Assembly (NCBI GenBank): GCA_963664405.1
Contig: OY761158.1
Span: 3,872,001-3,936,000, forward strand
Origin: Thermoanaerobaculia bacterium
GTDB lineage: Bacteria > Acidobacteriota > Thermoanaerobaculia > Multivoradales > Multivoraceae
Reading direction: 5' to 3'
Length of the DNA stretch: 64,000 nucleotides
The position numbers and the translations under genes are program-made. Positions 50,489-60,649 of this stretch are shown one piece after another (position 1 is the first letter of the stretch; each line of letters begins with the position of its first letter). The notes beneath the pieces are model-generated. The model saw only the letters and a program-made list of their open reading frames with translations, searched no databases and had not been told where the DNA came from.

Positions 50489-50636
50489 CGTGGTATCTCC
50501 CTTAGTGGCTCATGCCCTTGCAGCAGAAGACACTCTGGGTGTCAACTCGGCTCACCTGGTTGGGCCTCGGCCGTCGGCTCACTGCTCTGGCGACGACCGC
50601 TGCCCATGATTCTAAGGCCAAACGACCTTGGACGCC

Positions 50637-50815
50637 CTAGACCAGCGTTTCCGAAGTTCGCGCACATATCTCGGCCCCTTCTGCCCGCTGCCGGCGTTGG
50701 CTAGGCGCCCCCGCGCTCCTCGACATATTGCCCAATATGCCTGCGTCGGCGCGCCTGGCCAGCGAACAGAATGACCTCGAGCTATGGTGCACGAACTTCG
50801 GAAACGCTGGTCTAG
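50637..50815. mobile_element. MITE-like element family B, copy 2
   Basis: 24-bp perfect inverted ends CTAGACCAGCGTTTCCGAAGTTCG / CGAACTTCGGAAACGCTGGTCTAG; same TIR tip as 16779-16912. Confidence 0.85.
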
Positions 50816-50911
50816 TTGGCGACGGGCGGCGAAGCGTCGCACGTCTTGAACGCTTGCGTATCAGGTGCAAAGAAGAAGTTGACCCCCCGCGGGTTGAACT
50901 AAGCGAAGAGC

Positions 50912-51448
50912 TCAGCCGTTTGCGCTGGCATTCAGTCGCTGGATGGCGAGATCGGTGATGTCGATTCGCGGGTCTACCCACACCAGCCCTGACTGGCGGT
51001 TTTCGAGGATCAGCGAATAGCCGAAGTCCTGCGCCAGGGAGCTGATGATCGGGCCCATTAGAGCTCGGATCTTGTTCACCTGCTCTTCTTGCATTTTCTG
51101 AAACTCCCGCTGCGCGTCCTCCACCATCCTGTCGTAAGTGCGCTTCTTCTCTTCCGCCTGTGCCTGAATCTCGGCGAGCTTGTCCTCCGCGAGCGACAAT
51201 TCTCCCTCCTGAAAGCGGCGCTGCAGAGCGAGCAACTCGTTCTCGATCACTTTGAGCTCCGCCTCCTTCTCTGATCCCACCTTTTGGAGCTCAGCGATCA
51301 TCGCCTTACCGGGCATGGAGTCCCTCACGACTCGGTCCGAATCTATAGTCGCGATCTTGGTTCCTTCCTGCGCCGGAGCTGCACCGGCTGCACTGAACAT
51401 CATCAGTACGCCTAGCACCGTCCGTTTTGTATGGCTCTCGAAGCTCAT
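50912..51448 (-). CDS. skp: OmpH/Skp periplasmic chaperone
   Basis: Signal peptide; KIATIDSDRV, long coiled coil, GYSLIL...DITDLAIQRL; GAAGGAG RBS. Confidence 0.85.
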   Translation of the reverse strand: MSFESHTKRTVLGVLMMFSAAGAAPAQEGTKIATIDSDRVVRDSMPGKAMIAELQKVGSEKEAELKVIENELLALQRRFQEGELSLAEDKLAEIQAQAEEKKRTYDRMVEDAQREFQKMQEEQVNKIRALMGPIISSLAQDFGYSLILENRQSGLVWVDPRIDITDLAIQRLNASANG

Positions 51449-51711
51449 GGTCGCTCCTTCTCATCTGGTTGAAACGGTCTCTCCTAGATGGCGCTAACCG
51501 TTGACCGGCACCCGATTGGGATTGGTGGGGAAGACCAGGTTGCCGCGATCTGTCACCCTATAACCCAGGCCTCTGAGAGGCTCTTCCAGCCCGGCGACCC
51601 GCAGCGTGAACCTGGCTCATAGGCTCGGAGCATAACGCTGCGCTGGCGGCGAGGCGATAGCTCTCTGAGCTACACTACTGCCTTGGCACCAGAATAGGAG
51701 AACTGCGAGGA

Positions 51712-52668
51712 ATGGCGGGACGCATTGTCGTCGTGGGGAGCCTGAACACGGACTTCGTCCTGCAGGCGGAGCGCATCCCCGTGTCGGGGGAGACTCTGCT
51801 CGCGACCGCCGACCTGGTGACGAATCCTGGGGGCAAGGGCGCCAACCAGGCCTTTGCCGTGGGGCGCCTCGGCGGAGCGGTTGCGATGGTCGGACGGGTG
51901 GGTAGCGATCCGCGGGGACGCGAGCTCAAAGACAGCTTGCACAGCGTGGGCGTCGACATCGCCGGGGTGAGCGAGGATGTCGAAGCCCCGACCGGTCTCG
52001 GCTCCATCATTGTCGACTCGGCGGGGCAGAACTCGATCGTCGTCGCCGCGGGCGCCAACGCCCGCCTGACACCCCACGATCTCGAAGCGTCGAGCCCCCT
52101 GTTCGAGCAGGGCGGCACTCTGCTGGTCCAGCTCGAGGTTCCGGTCGAGACGGTCGAAGATGCGCTCAGCCGGGCGAAGAGCGCCGGAATGACGACGATC
52201 CTCGACCCCGCGCCGGCTCCGCTGTACCCGCTACCCGAGTCCCTCGCGGGGTTGGTCGACATTCTGACGCCGAATGAGTCGGAAGCCAGAGTGCTGCTCG
52301 GCGAACCGCCCGGGGAGATCGCCGCCGACGAGGTCGTCGAGGTCGCCCGCAGGCTGCAGCGGCTCGGCCCGCGCAACATCGTCCTCACCCTGGGTGAGCG
52401 CGGCGCGCTGTTGCTTGCGGAAGACGGGGATAGGTCTTCGATTCCAACGCCGCGGGTGGAAGTCCGCGATACGACGGCGGCGGGCGACACCCTCAACGCA
52501 GCCTTGGCGGTAGCCCTCGCTGAGGGTCGCCCCTTGGTCGATGCGATCGCCTTCGCCTGTACCGCGGCCGCCCTGGCGGTCACGCGCGTCGGCGCGCAGA
52601 GCTCGGTCCCGGAGCGGTCTGAGGTCGACACTCTCCTATGCAAGATGATGGAAGGCAGCACGGTCTGA
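51712..52668 (+). CDS. rbsK: Ribokinase (PfkB family)
   Basis: GSLNTD, PGGKGANQA, PNESE, DTTAAGDT. Confidence 0.88.
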   Translation: MAGRIVVVGSLNTDFVLQAERIPVSGETLLATADLVTNPGGKGANQAFAVGRLGGAVAMVGRVGSDPRGRELKDSLHSVGVDIAGVSEDVEAPTGLGSIIVDSAGQNSIVVAAGANARLTPHDLEASSPLFEQGGTLLVQLEVPVETVEDALSRAKSAGMTTILDPAPAPLYPLPESLAGLVDILTPNESEARVLLGEPPGEIAADEVVEVARRLQRLGPRNIVLTLGERGALLLAEDGDRSSIPTPRVEVRDTTAAGDTLNAALAVALAEGRPLVDAIAFACTAAALAVTRVGAQSSVPERSEVDTLLCKMMEGSTV

Positions 52669-52699
52669 TGAAGTCGGTTTCAAGAAGAGGAGGCCTCGA

Positions 52700-53854
52700 A
52701 TGAAGATCTGGAGATTCGTTTTGTCGTGCGGTCTTGGATCGGCGCTGATGGCGTCATCGGCTGTCGGGCAGGAGGGCGAGTTCGATGGCCTTTACATGGG
52801 CCTCGGCAATCTGCCGCGCCTTTCCAGTGCCAAGACCCGGTCTATCTCTCCTGAGAACTTCACCGGCGAGAAAGGGCGGGGCGGCATGGCGACCGAAGGC
52901 ACGGGAGCCGTACCCGCTCGCGATCTCGGTCAGGGCTGGAAGGTGTCGCCGTCGGTCATCATCGGCGCTGGCGAGACCTTCACGCTCGCTGAGATGGAAG
53001 GACCCGGCGCCATCCAGCAGATCTGGATGACTCCGACCGGAGTGTGGCGCTTCTCGATTCTGCGCATCTACTGGGACGACGAGACCACCCCTTCGGTGGA
53101 GGTCCCGGTAGGGGACTTCTTCGCCAACGGCTGGGGCAGCTACGCCCAGGTCTCGTCGATCCCGGTCGCGGTCAATCCCGGGAGTGCCTTCAACTCCTTC
53201 TGGATGATGCCGTTTCGCAAGAAGTGCAGGATCACGATGGAGAACCTCGACGAAGAGGAGATGAGGCTCTACTACCAAGTCAACTACACCCTGACAGAGG
53301 TACCCGCGGACGCGGCCTACTTCCACGCCCAGTTCCGTAGAACCAACCCGGTGCCCTACAAGACCGTCTACACGATTCTCGACGACGTCGCCGGGCAAGG
53401 GCACTACGTCGGCACCTACATGGCCTGGGGCTCGAACAACAACGGCTGGTGGGGAGAAGGGGAGATCAAGTTCTTCATGGATGGTGACAAAGAGTTCCCC
53501 ACCATCGCCGGCACCGGAACCGAGGACTACTTTCTCGGCTCCTACGGCTTCCATGATCCGGGGACGCGGGATTACCTGGAGTTCACCACCCCTTTCGCCG
53601 GCATGCCGCAGGTCATCCGCCCCGACGGCAAGGACAACTCCCAGCAACGCTTCGGCCTGTATCGCTGGCATGTCATGGACCCGATCCGCTTCGATAAAGA
53701 TCTGAGGGTGACCATGCAGGCGCTGGGGTGGCGCAAGGGGCGTCGCTACCTGCCGCTGCAGGACGACCTCGCCTCAGTTGCCTACTGGTACCAGAGAGAG
53801 CCCCACGCGCCCTTCCCAGCACTGCCCGACAAGGACTACCTCGAGATCAGGTAG
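52700..53854 (+). CDS. GH172 (DUF2961) glycoside hydrolase with signal peptide
   Basis: SISPENFTGEKG, GPGAIQQIWMT, WWGEGEIKFFMDG, GTGTEDYF, YRWHVMDPI, SVAYWYQ. Confidence 0.9.
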   Translation: MKIWRFVLSCGLGSALMASSAVGQEGEFDGLYMGLGNLPRLSSAKTRSISPENFTGEKGRGGMATEGTGAVPARDLGQGWKVSPSVIIGAGETFTLAEMEGPGAIQQIWMTPTGVWRFSILRIYWDDETTPSVEVPVGDFFANGWGSYAQVSSIPVAVNPGSAFNSFWMMPFRKKCRITMENLDEEEMRLYYQVNYTLTEVPADAAYFHAQFRRTNPVPYKTVYTILDDVAGQGHYVGTYMAWGSNNNGWWGEGEIKFFMDGDKEFPTIAGTGTEDYFLGSYGFHDPGTRDYLEFTTPFAGMPQVIRPDGKDNSQQRFGLYRWHVMDPIRFDKDLRVTMQALGWRKGRRYLPLQDDLASVAYWYQREPHAPFPALPDKDYLEIR

Positions 53855-53875
53855 TCGCGAAGGAGGATCGTAGAA

Positions 53876-55399
53876 ATGAGCCAACCTATTGCGATCTTCT
53901 GGCCCGGTGACTACCGGGCCCTGCCGAACGAGCTCGCCCTCCCCAGCGTCGAAGAGGCGACGGTGCAGCTCGAGAACGCTCTGCGCCGTCTCGGACGGAG
54001 CAGCTACCGAGTGGAAGGGTTCCTGACCAAGCCCCACCAGGCGATCGAGAAGCTCGGGCCGATCGACGATCCCATGATCGGGGTGTGCGTGCACTGGTTC
54101 TACGGCCCGCACACGACCGACGGCGTCGTTGGCGGGGACAACCCGCTGCTCTTGGCGAGCAACTTCTCCGGGACCTGGCCAGGCCTGGTTGGGCTGCTCA
54201 ACACCGGCGCCTGCCTCGAGAGCCTTGGCCGCCCTTACTCCCGAGCCTGGACCGAGGCCCAGGACTGGGGCTCCGACGAGGCCTTCATGGCTCGTCTCGA
54301 CGAGTGGTCGACGACGGGGGCCATCGCCTATGCGGAAGACGAGCTGCACCCGGCTCCCGAGATACCCGCTTCCGCCCAGGCGGTAGCCGGGGAGGTGGCG
54401 GAAGGGATTCGCCGGCGCAGGGTGCTGGCTCTGATGCTCGGCGATACCTCGATGGGAATGATCAACGGCTACTTCGGGCCACGGCGGCTGCTTCCCATCG
54501 GGTTCACCGAGCATAAGGTCGATCAGGCCTGGATTCTGGATCGCGGTCGCGCGATCGCCGACAGCCGTATCGACGAGGCGATGCGCTTCGTCGAGGAGAA
54601 GGGCGTCGAGTTTCACTGGGGCGAAGTGGAGGCCGAAGACTTCGACCGGGCCGCGACTCGCGAGCAGCTGCGAGACTACCTTGCGGTGCTCGACCTGATC
54701 GACGAGTTCGAGGCGGACTGCCTCGGTTGGCAGTATCAGCTCGGCCTCCTGCCGCTACGACCACCTTCGGACTTCGCCGAGGGGCTGTTCAATTCGGTGT
54801 GTCGGCCGGAGTCGAACGGCGACACCATCGCCTGCGCCACCGAGGCCGACCAGGGCAATCTGGTGCCCATGGAAATGATGAAGCGGCTGCTCCTGGCAAA
54901 GGGGCTGCATCAGGCGGTGATGTTCCACGACGTGCGCTGGGGGGGAGAGCACGAGGGGCGCTTCGTCTGGGTGCTGCTCAACAGCGGCTCTTGCGGTGCC
55001 TACGCCTTCAACCACGACCCCGACACTCTCCAAGGCGTTCACTCCTATCGCCAGCCGGCCGGCTACTTCCCGGTGGCGGGGGGGACGTTCACGGGGGAGA
55101 GCCTGGCGGGGGCGATGACCTGGGCCAGGGCCTATCTCCGGGACGGTCAGATGTGGATGGATGTGGGGCGCGGCGAAGTCGTTGAGCTGCCCCCGGACAA
55201 GCGCGACGCGTGGTGGGAGGGGACGACACGCCAGTGGCCCTTCATGGCCGCCTGGCTGGGGGTACGCCAGGACACGGTCATGGCCCACTACCAGAGCAAC
55301 CACATCGCGGTGGCGTACGGCGACATCTTCGCCGAGATGGTGGCGCTCAGTCAGAGTCTCGGCTTCCAGGTGCGGGTCCTCGGCGAATCGGCGGTCTGA
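53876..55399 (+). CDS. L-fucose/D-arabinose isomerase-like protein
   Basis: WPGLVGLLN, SMGM, ATEAD, NSGS and C-terminal SNHIAVAYG, resembling the FucI/AraA fold. Confidence 0.7.
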   Translation: MSQPIAIFWPGDYRALPNELALPSVEEATVQLENALRRLGRSSYRVEGFLTKPHQAIEKLGPIDDPMIGVCVHWFYGPHTTDGVVGGDNPLLLASNFSGTWPGLVGLLNTGACLESLGRPYSRAWTEAQDWGSDEAFMARLDEWSTTGAIAYAEDELHPAPEIPASAQAVAGEVAEGIRRRRVLALMLGDTSMGMINGYFGPRRLLPIGFTEHKVDQAWILDRGRAIADSRIDEAMRFVEEKGVEFHWGEVEAEDFDRAATREQLRDYLAVLDLIDEFEADCLGWQYQLGLLPLRPPSDFAEGLFNSVCRPESNGDTIACATEADQGNLVPMEMMKRLLLAKGLHQAVMFHDVRWGGEHEGRFVWVLLNSGSCGAYAFNHDPDTLQGVHSYRQPAGYFPVAGGTFTGESLAGAMTWARAYLRDGQMWMDVGRGEVVELPPDKRDAWWEGTTRQWPFMAAWLGVRQDTVMAHYQSNHIAVAYGDIFAEMVALSQSLGFQVRVLGESAV

Positions 55400-57094
55400 A
55401 TGGTCGACGAAGCCGGCAGCTCCAGCTGCGCAGTCGGCGAGCGCTGCTACCTCGGTGTCGACGTCGGCACCGGCAGTGCCAGGGCCGGGGTCTTCGACGC
55501 CGGCGGTAAGCTCCTTGGCGCCGGCGATAGCGAGATCGAGACCTGGCGTCAGAGCCCCGATTTCGTCGAGCAGTCCTCGGCCGATATCTGGCGCGCATGC
55601 TGCGCCGCGGTGCGTCTGGCACGGTCCGAGGCTGAGGTCGAGCCGGAGCGGGTGCGCGGTCTGGGCTTCGATGCCACCTGTTCGCTGGCGGCGCTCGACG
55701 AGGCCGGTGGCCCGGTCACCGTCAGTCCGTCGGGGAGCGACGAGCGCAACGTCATCGTCTGGATGGACCACCGAGCGGTGGAAGAAGCTGCGCGCATCGA
55801 TCGCACCGGACACGAAGTGCTTCGCTACGTCGGCGGCACGATCTCGCCGGAGATGGAGACCCCGAAGCTGCTGTGGCTCAAGGAGAATTTGCCGGAGACC
55901 TGGCGGCGGGCGGCGCGCTTCTACGATCTGCCGGATCTGCTCGTCCATCTCGCCACCGGCGCCGACGTGCGCTCTCTCTGCTCCACAGTCTGCAAGTGGA
56001 CCTACCTCGGCCACGAACCGTCCTCGGACGGCGAAGGCTCCGGCCGCTGGGACGACTCGTTCTTCGAAGGTGTCGGGCTTGGCGATCTCGCCGCGGAGGG
56101 CTATCGCCGGATCGGTCGGCGCATCCGGCCGATGGGCGAGCCCGTCGGCAACGGGCTCCACGCCCGAGCCGCCGCCGACCTGGACCTCGTTCCCGGTACT
56201 CCGGTGGGAGTGTCGATCATCGACGCCCACGCCGGCGGGCTGGGGGTGTTGGGGGCGGCGGCGGAGGGTGGCGGCCCGTCGGTCGACGCTCTAGAGACTC
56301 GCTTGGCCCTCATCGGCGGCACCTCCTCGTGCCACATGGCGGTGTCTCGGGATCCGCGCTTCATCGCCGGAGTCTGGGGCCCGTATTTCTCGGCCATGGT
56401 TCCGGGGCTGTGGCTCAACGAAGGCGGACAGTCCGCCACCGGAGCCCTGGTCGACCATGTCATCTTCGGCCATGCCCGTTCCGAGGAGCTGGCTCAGGCG
56501 GCTCGAAGTGAGGGCCGGACAGTCTACGATCTCCTCAACGACCGCCTGGAGACGCTGGCTTCCGAGCTGCCGTATCCCGCGCAGCTCACGCGTGAGCTCC
56601 ACGTCCTGCCCTACTTCCACGGCAACCGCTCACCGCGAGCCGACCCCAGCCTTCGAGGGGTCATCTCCGGCCTGAGGCTGTCGGACACCGTCGACGATCT
56701 GGCGCTTCTCTACCTTGCCACGCTCCAGGCCATCGCCTACGGCACGCGGCACATCGTCGAGACCCTGAACGAGGCCGGCTATCGCATCGCCGACATCCAC
56801 GCCTGCGGCGGCGGCACCAAGAACCCTCTCTTTCTTCGCGAGCACGCCGACGCGACCGGCTGCCTCCTGGTGCTGCCGCGAGAGCCGGAAGCGGTGCTCC
56901 TGGGCAGCGCGATTCTCGCTTCGGTCGCGGCCGGCGATCATGCAAGCGTGCTCGAGGCGATGTCGGAGATGAGCCACGTGGGGGCTACCGTCGCGCCCGC
57001 TGTCGACGAAGTCGAGCGCTACCATGCCACCAAGTACGAGGTTTTCCAGCGCATGTACGACGACTTCATAGCCTGGCGGCGGATCATGGCGTGA
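55400..57094 (+). CDS. FGGY pentulose kinase (D-ribulokinase type)
   Basis: [58 protein letters not shown]. Confidence 0.92.
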   Translation: MVDEAGSSSCAVGERCYLGVDVGTGSARAGVFDAGGKLLGAGDSEIETWRQSPDFVEQSSADIWRACCAAVRLARSEAEVEPERVRGLGFDATCSLAALDEAGGPVTVSPSGSDERNVIVWMDHRAVEEAARIDRTGHEVLRYVGGTISPEMETPKLLWLKENLPETWRRAARFYDLPDLLVHLATGADVRSLCSTVCKWTYLGHEPSSDGEGSGRWDDSFFEGVGLGDLAAEGYRRIGRRIRPMGEPVGNGLHARAAADLDLVPGTPVGVSIIDAHAGGLGVLGAAAEGGGPSVDALETRLALIGGTSSCHMAVSRDPRFIAGVWGPYFSAMVPGLWLNEGGQSATGALVDHVIFGHARSEELAQAARSEGRTVYDLLNDRLETLASELPYPAQLTRELHVLPYFHGNRSPRADPSLRGVISGLRLSDTVDDLALLYLATLQAIAYGTRHIVETLNEAGYRIADIHACGGGTKNPLFLREHADATGCLLVLPREPEAVLLGSAILASVAAGDHASVLEAMSEMSHVGATVAPAVDEVERYHATKYEVFQRMYDDFIAWRRIMA

Positions 57095-58668
57095 GTGCAC
57101 AGGGCGTTGCGAAGAGCAGCTCCGGCCCGCGTGGCGAGGTCGAGGCGAGCACCACGCTCGTACCGCGCCTGCGCATGCGTGCCATCTCCAAGCGCTTCGG
57201 GTCGGTCCGAGTGCTCTCCGAAGTCGACTTCGAGGCTTTCGGCGGCGAGGTGCACGTCCTCGCGGGCGAGAACGGGGCGGGCAAAACCACACTCATCAAG
57301 ATCCTCGCCGGGGCCCACGCCGACTACGAAGGGCGGATCGAGCTCGACGGCGTCGAGGTCCGTCCGCGCACGCCGCGAGAAGCCGCCGCTCTGGGTATCG
57401 CCGTGATTCATCAGGAGCTCTCCCTGGTTCCTTCCCTCGGCGCCGCCGACAACCTCTTTCTCGGTCGCTGGCCGACCCGTCTGGGCCTCGTTCAAGAAGG
57501 TGCCATGCGCGCCTCGGCGGTCGCGGCGCTCGAGCGCTTCGGTATCGACATCGACCCCGAGCGCCCGGTTGGCGAGCTCGGCACCGCTACGCGACAGCTC
57601 ATCGAGATCGCCAAGGCGCTCCTGCGTGAGGCCCGTGTTCTCGTTTTGGACGAGCCGACGAGCGCGCTGCAGGCTCCCGAGGTCGAGGACCTCCTGGGCC
57701 GCCTCGGCGACATTCGAGCCCGAGGCTGTGCGATCGTCTACATCAGCCATCGAATGGAGGAGATCGAGCGCGTGGCGGATCGCCTCACGGTGCTACGCGA
57801 CGGACACCGGGTGGCCTCGGCACCCGCCGCCGACGTCACACCGGCGCAGCTGGTGGGGTGGATGGCGGGCCGAGAAGCCGCGGAGCCCTTCACCCGCCAT
57901 GCCCCTCCCGGTGGCTCCGAGCGCCTCCGGGTGGAGAATCTCTCGGTCCGAGTGCGGGGCGCCGTCGCTGTCGAGGGTGTCTCCCTGTCGGTGAGGTCGG
58001 GCGAGATCCTGGGACTCGCCGGTCTTCACGGCGCGGGCACGAGTGAGCTCCTCACCGGCCTTTTCGGAGGTGGCGGCGCGGTCCAAGGTGAGTTGTGGGT
58101 CGACGGTGAGCGGGTCCGGTTCCGTGGCCCCGCCGAGGCGATCTCTAGGGGTCTTGCCCTCGTCACGCCCGACCGCCAGGCCACGGGTCTGGTGCTCCCA
58201 CTCTCGGTGGCCGCGAACCTGACTCTTCCGGATCTACGGCGTCTCTCGCCGTGGGGCCTGCGACACCCCGGTCGCGAGCTCAGCGTGGCGTCAGAGCTGA
58301 TGGACACTCTCGGCGTCCGCGCGAATTCACCTTCGGACCCGGTAGCTCAGTTGTCAGGGGGCAACCAGCAGAAGGTAGCCATCGGCAAGTGGCTGACGGT
58401 CGAGCCGCGGGTGTTGCTTCTCGACGAGCCGACCCGTGGCATCGACGTCGGGGCGAAGCGGGAGCTCTACGATCTAATCGAGCGCTGGACCTACGAGGGT
58501 ATCGCCATCGTGCTGGTGACGTCGGATCTGCGGGAGCTGCTTGCCCTGAGCGACCGCATCCTAGTCCTGCACCGCGGTCGACCGGCGGCAGAGCTGTCGG
58601 GGCTACAGGCGACGCCGGAGGCTGTGCTCGAAGCGGCGATGGGGGAGCGGCGGGCGGTGGCGAGATGA
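57091..58668 (+). CDS. Sugar ABC transporter ATPase (RbsA-like, two NBDs)
   Basis: [35 protein letters not shown]. Confidence 0.93.
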   Translation: MSAQGVAKSSSGPRGEVEASTTLVPRLRMRAISKRFGSVRVLSEVDFEAFGGEVHVLAGENGAGKTTLIKILAGAHADYEGRIELDGVEVRPRTPREAAALGIAVIHQELSLVPSLGAADNLFLGRWPTRLGLVQEGAMRASAVAALERFGIDIDPERPVGELGTATRQLIEIAKALLREARVLVLDEPTSALQAPEVEDLLGRLGDIRARGCAIVYISHRMEEIERVADRLTVLRDGHRVASAPAADVTPAQLVGWMAGREAAEPFTRHAPPGGSERLRVENLSVRVRGAVAVEGVSLSVRSGEILGLAGLHGAGTSELLTGLFGGGGAVQGELWVDGERVRFRGPAEAISRGLALVTPDRQATGLVLPLSVAANLTLPDLRRLSPWGLRHPGRELSVASELMDTLGVRANSPSDPVAQLSGGNQQKVAIGKWLTVEPRVLLLDEPTRGIDVGAKRELYDLIERWTYEGIAIVLVTSDLRELLALSDRILVLHRGRPAAELSGLQATPEAVLEAAMGERRAVAR

Positions 58669-59651
58669 CGGCCGGTAGTTGGCTCAGAGGCTCCACCGCC
58701 CGGGCGGTCCTGGCCCTCGCTCTGGTGCTCGCACTCGGCGCGGTCTTCCACGCCGACGGGGCGTTCTTGAAGATCTCGACGCATCGCGATGCCCTGCGCC
58801 AGGCGTCGGTCTACGGCATCCTGGCGTGCGGCATGACCTTGGTCATCATCACCGGCGGCATCGATCTCGCTGTGGGCAGCGTTTTGGCCCTCAGCGCGGT
58901 CTGCTTCTCACTGTGGACCATCCACTGGGGCTGGTCAGCCTGGCTCGCGGTGCCTGCGTGTATCTTGGTCGGGGCGGCTGTGGGCGCGGCCTCCGGCGGG
59001 CTGGCGTCGGTGTTCCGGATCCAGCCCTTCATTGCCACCCTGTCGCTGATGGTCTTCGTGCGCGGGATCGCCAAGACCATCTCCGGCGGGACCAAGGTCT
59101 CGACCGCAGTACCTGCCGCCGATGGCGGCTATCGCTACGTCGAGGTCCCTGAGATCTTCCGCGCGATCGACTCTCGCGTCTTGGGCGGCCAGGTATCGAC
59201 CGTGACCCTGCTCTTCGCCGTCTGTGCCGTAGTCTCATGGGTGCTCCTCGCCCGCCATCGCTGGGGTCGCCAGCTCTATGCCATCGGTGGCAACGAAGAG
59301 GCGGCACGATTGTCGGGTGTACCGGTACGGGCGGCGAAGATCGGTGCCTACGTCGCGTGCGGTGCTCTGGCGGCGGTCGCCGGCATCTGCCAGGCTGCCC
59401 AGGAGCAGCAGGGCGATCCCGAGGCGGGCGCCGGCTACGAGCTCACTGCGATTGCCATCGTCGTCATCGGAGGCATCCATCTCGGAGGTGGGCGGGGCGG
59501 CATCGGTCGCACTCTCCTCGGCACGCTGACGATTGGATACCTGGGGAAGATCCTGAGCATTAACGCTGTGCCGGAGGCCGCCCGCCTCATGCTCACCGGC
59601 ACGATCATCGTCGCTGCGGTCCTGACCCAGCGGCGGGAGGCCCGATCATGA
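58665..59651 (+). CDS. Sugar ABC transporter permease (RbsC-like)
   Basis: GGIDLAVGS, PFIATL, AIGGNEEAARLSG, YELTAIA; ATG 58665 overlaps the upstream stop. Confidence 0.92.
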   Translation: MTAGSWLRGSTARAVLALALVLALGAVFHADGAFLKISTHRDALRQASVYGILACGMTLVIITGGIDLAVGSVLALSAVCFSLWTIHWGWSAWLAVPACILVGAAVGAASGGLASVFRIQPFIATLSLMVFVRGIAKTISGGTKVSTAVPAADGGYRYVEVPEIFRAIDSRVLGGQVSTVTLLFAVCAVVSWVLLARHRWGRQLYAIGGNEEAARLSGVPVRAAKIGAYVACGALAAVAGICQAAQEQQGDPEAGAGYELTAIAIVVIGGIHLGGGRGGIGRTLLGTLTIGYLGKILSINAVPEAARLMLTGTIIVAAVLTQRREARS

Positions 59652-60649
59652 ACTCTCGAGAGCCGACCTCCTCCTCCGTTCTTCACCTCTTCGGGCGCGT
59701 CGCCGCGGCTGTCGTCGCCGTGGCGGCTCTCGCGAGTTGTGGCCCGAGCACCGAGCCCGGCGAAGTCGAGCCGGCCGAGCCACGCTGGCGCATCGGTATG
59801 AGCCAGTGCAACCTCGGCGAGCCTTGGCGGGTGCAGATGGATGCCGACGTTCGTAGCGCCGCGGCTGACCATCCCGAGATCGAAGTTCTGTTCAAGGACG
59901 CCCAGAACGATGTTCTGAAGCAGCGAGCTCACGTCGAGGAGTTCGTCAGCGCCGGTGTCGACGCCATCCTCATCAGTCCGAAAGAGGCCGCCCCCCTGAC
60001 CGAGCCGGTGGCGAAGGCGATGGAGGCCGGCATCCCGGTGGTGGTCATCGACCGCAAGGTCCTCGGTGACCGCTATACCACCTTTGTCGGCGCCGACAAC
60101 CACGAGATCGGCCTGGCGGCGGGGCGGTGGCTGGTCGAGGCCCTGGGCGGCAAGGGGCGTGTTGTCGAGCTCAAGGGGCTGATGACCTCGACTCCGGCGC
60201 AGGATCGACACTCGGGGTTTCGCGAGGGTATCGCCGGCAGCGACATCGAGGTGGTATTCGAGGCCGACATGAAGTGGCTCGAGCCCGAGGCGCGCCGCGA
60301 GATGGAGTCTGCTCTCGCGCGTTTCGAAGAGATCGACGCGGTGTACGCCCACAACGATCCGGGTGCTCACGGGGCTTACCTGGCGGCGCGTGCCGCCGAG
60401 CGCGAGAGCGAGATGCTCTTTGTCGGCATCGACGCGCTGCCGCACGAAGGGGTCATGTACGTAAAGCAGGGCATGCTCGACGCGACTTTCGAGTACCCCA
60501 CCGGAGGCCGCGAAGCTCTCGAGCTGGTGCTCGCGACGTTGGGTGGGGAAGCTCCGCCCCGCGAGGTCACCCTCGGCTCACGTCTCTTCACCGAGCAAAA
60601 CGTCGAGCAGGGCGGCGCGCCCATCGCGAGCCAAGGAGAGATCCAATGA
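59648..60649 (+). CDS. Sugar ABC substrate-binding lipoprotein (RbsB-like)
   Basis: LASC lipobox; GIPVVVIDR, VGADN, AHND, GIDA. Confidence 0.9.
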   Translation: MNSREPTSSSVLHLFGRVAAAVVAVAALASCGPSTEPGEVEPAEPRWRIGMSQCNLGEPWRVQMDADVRSAAADHPEIEVLFKDAQNDVLKQRAHVEEFVSAGVDAILISPKEAAPLTEPVAKAMEAGIPVVVIDRKVLGDRYTTFVGADNHEIGLAAGRWLVEALGGKGRVVELKGLMTSTPAQDRHSGFREGIAGSDIEVVFEADMKWLEPEARREMESALARFEEIDAVYAHNDPGAHGAYLAARAAERESEMLFVGIDALPHEGVMYVKQGMLDATFEYPTGGREALELVLATLGGEAPPREVTLGSRLFTEQNVEQGGAPIASQGEIQ

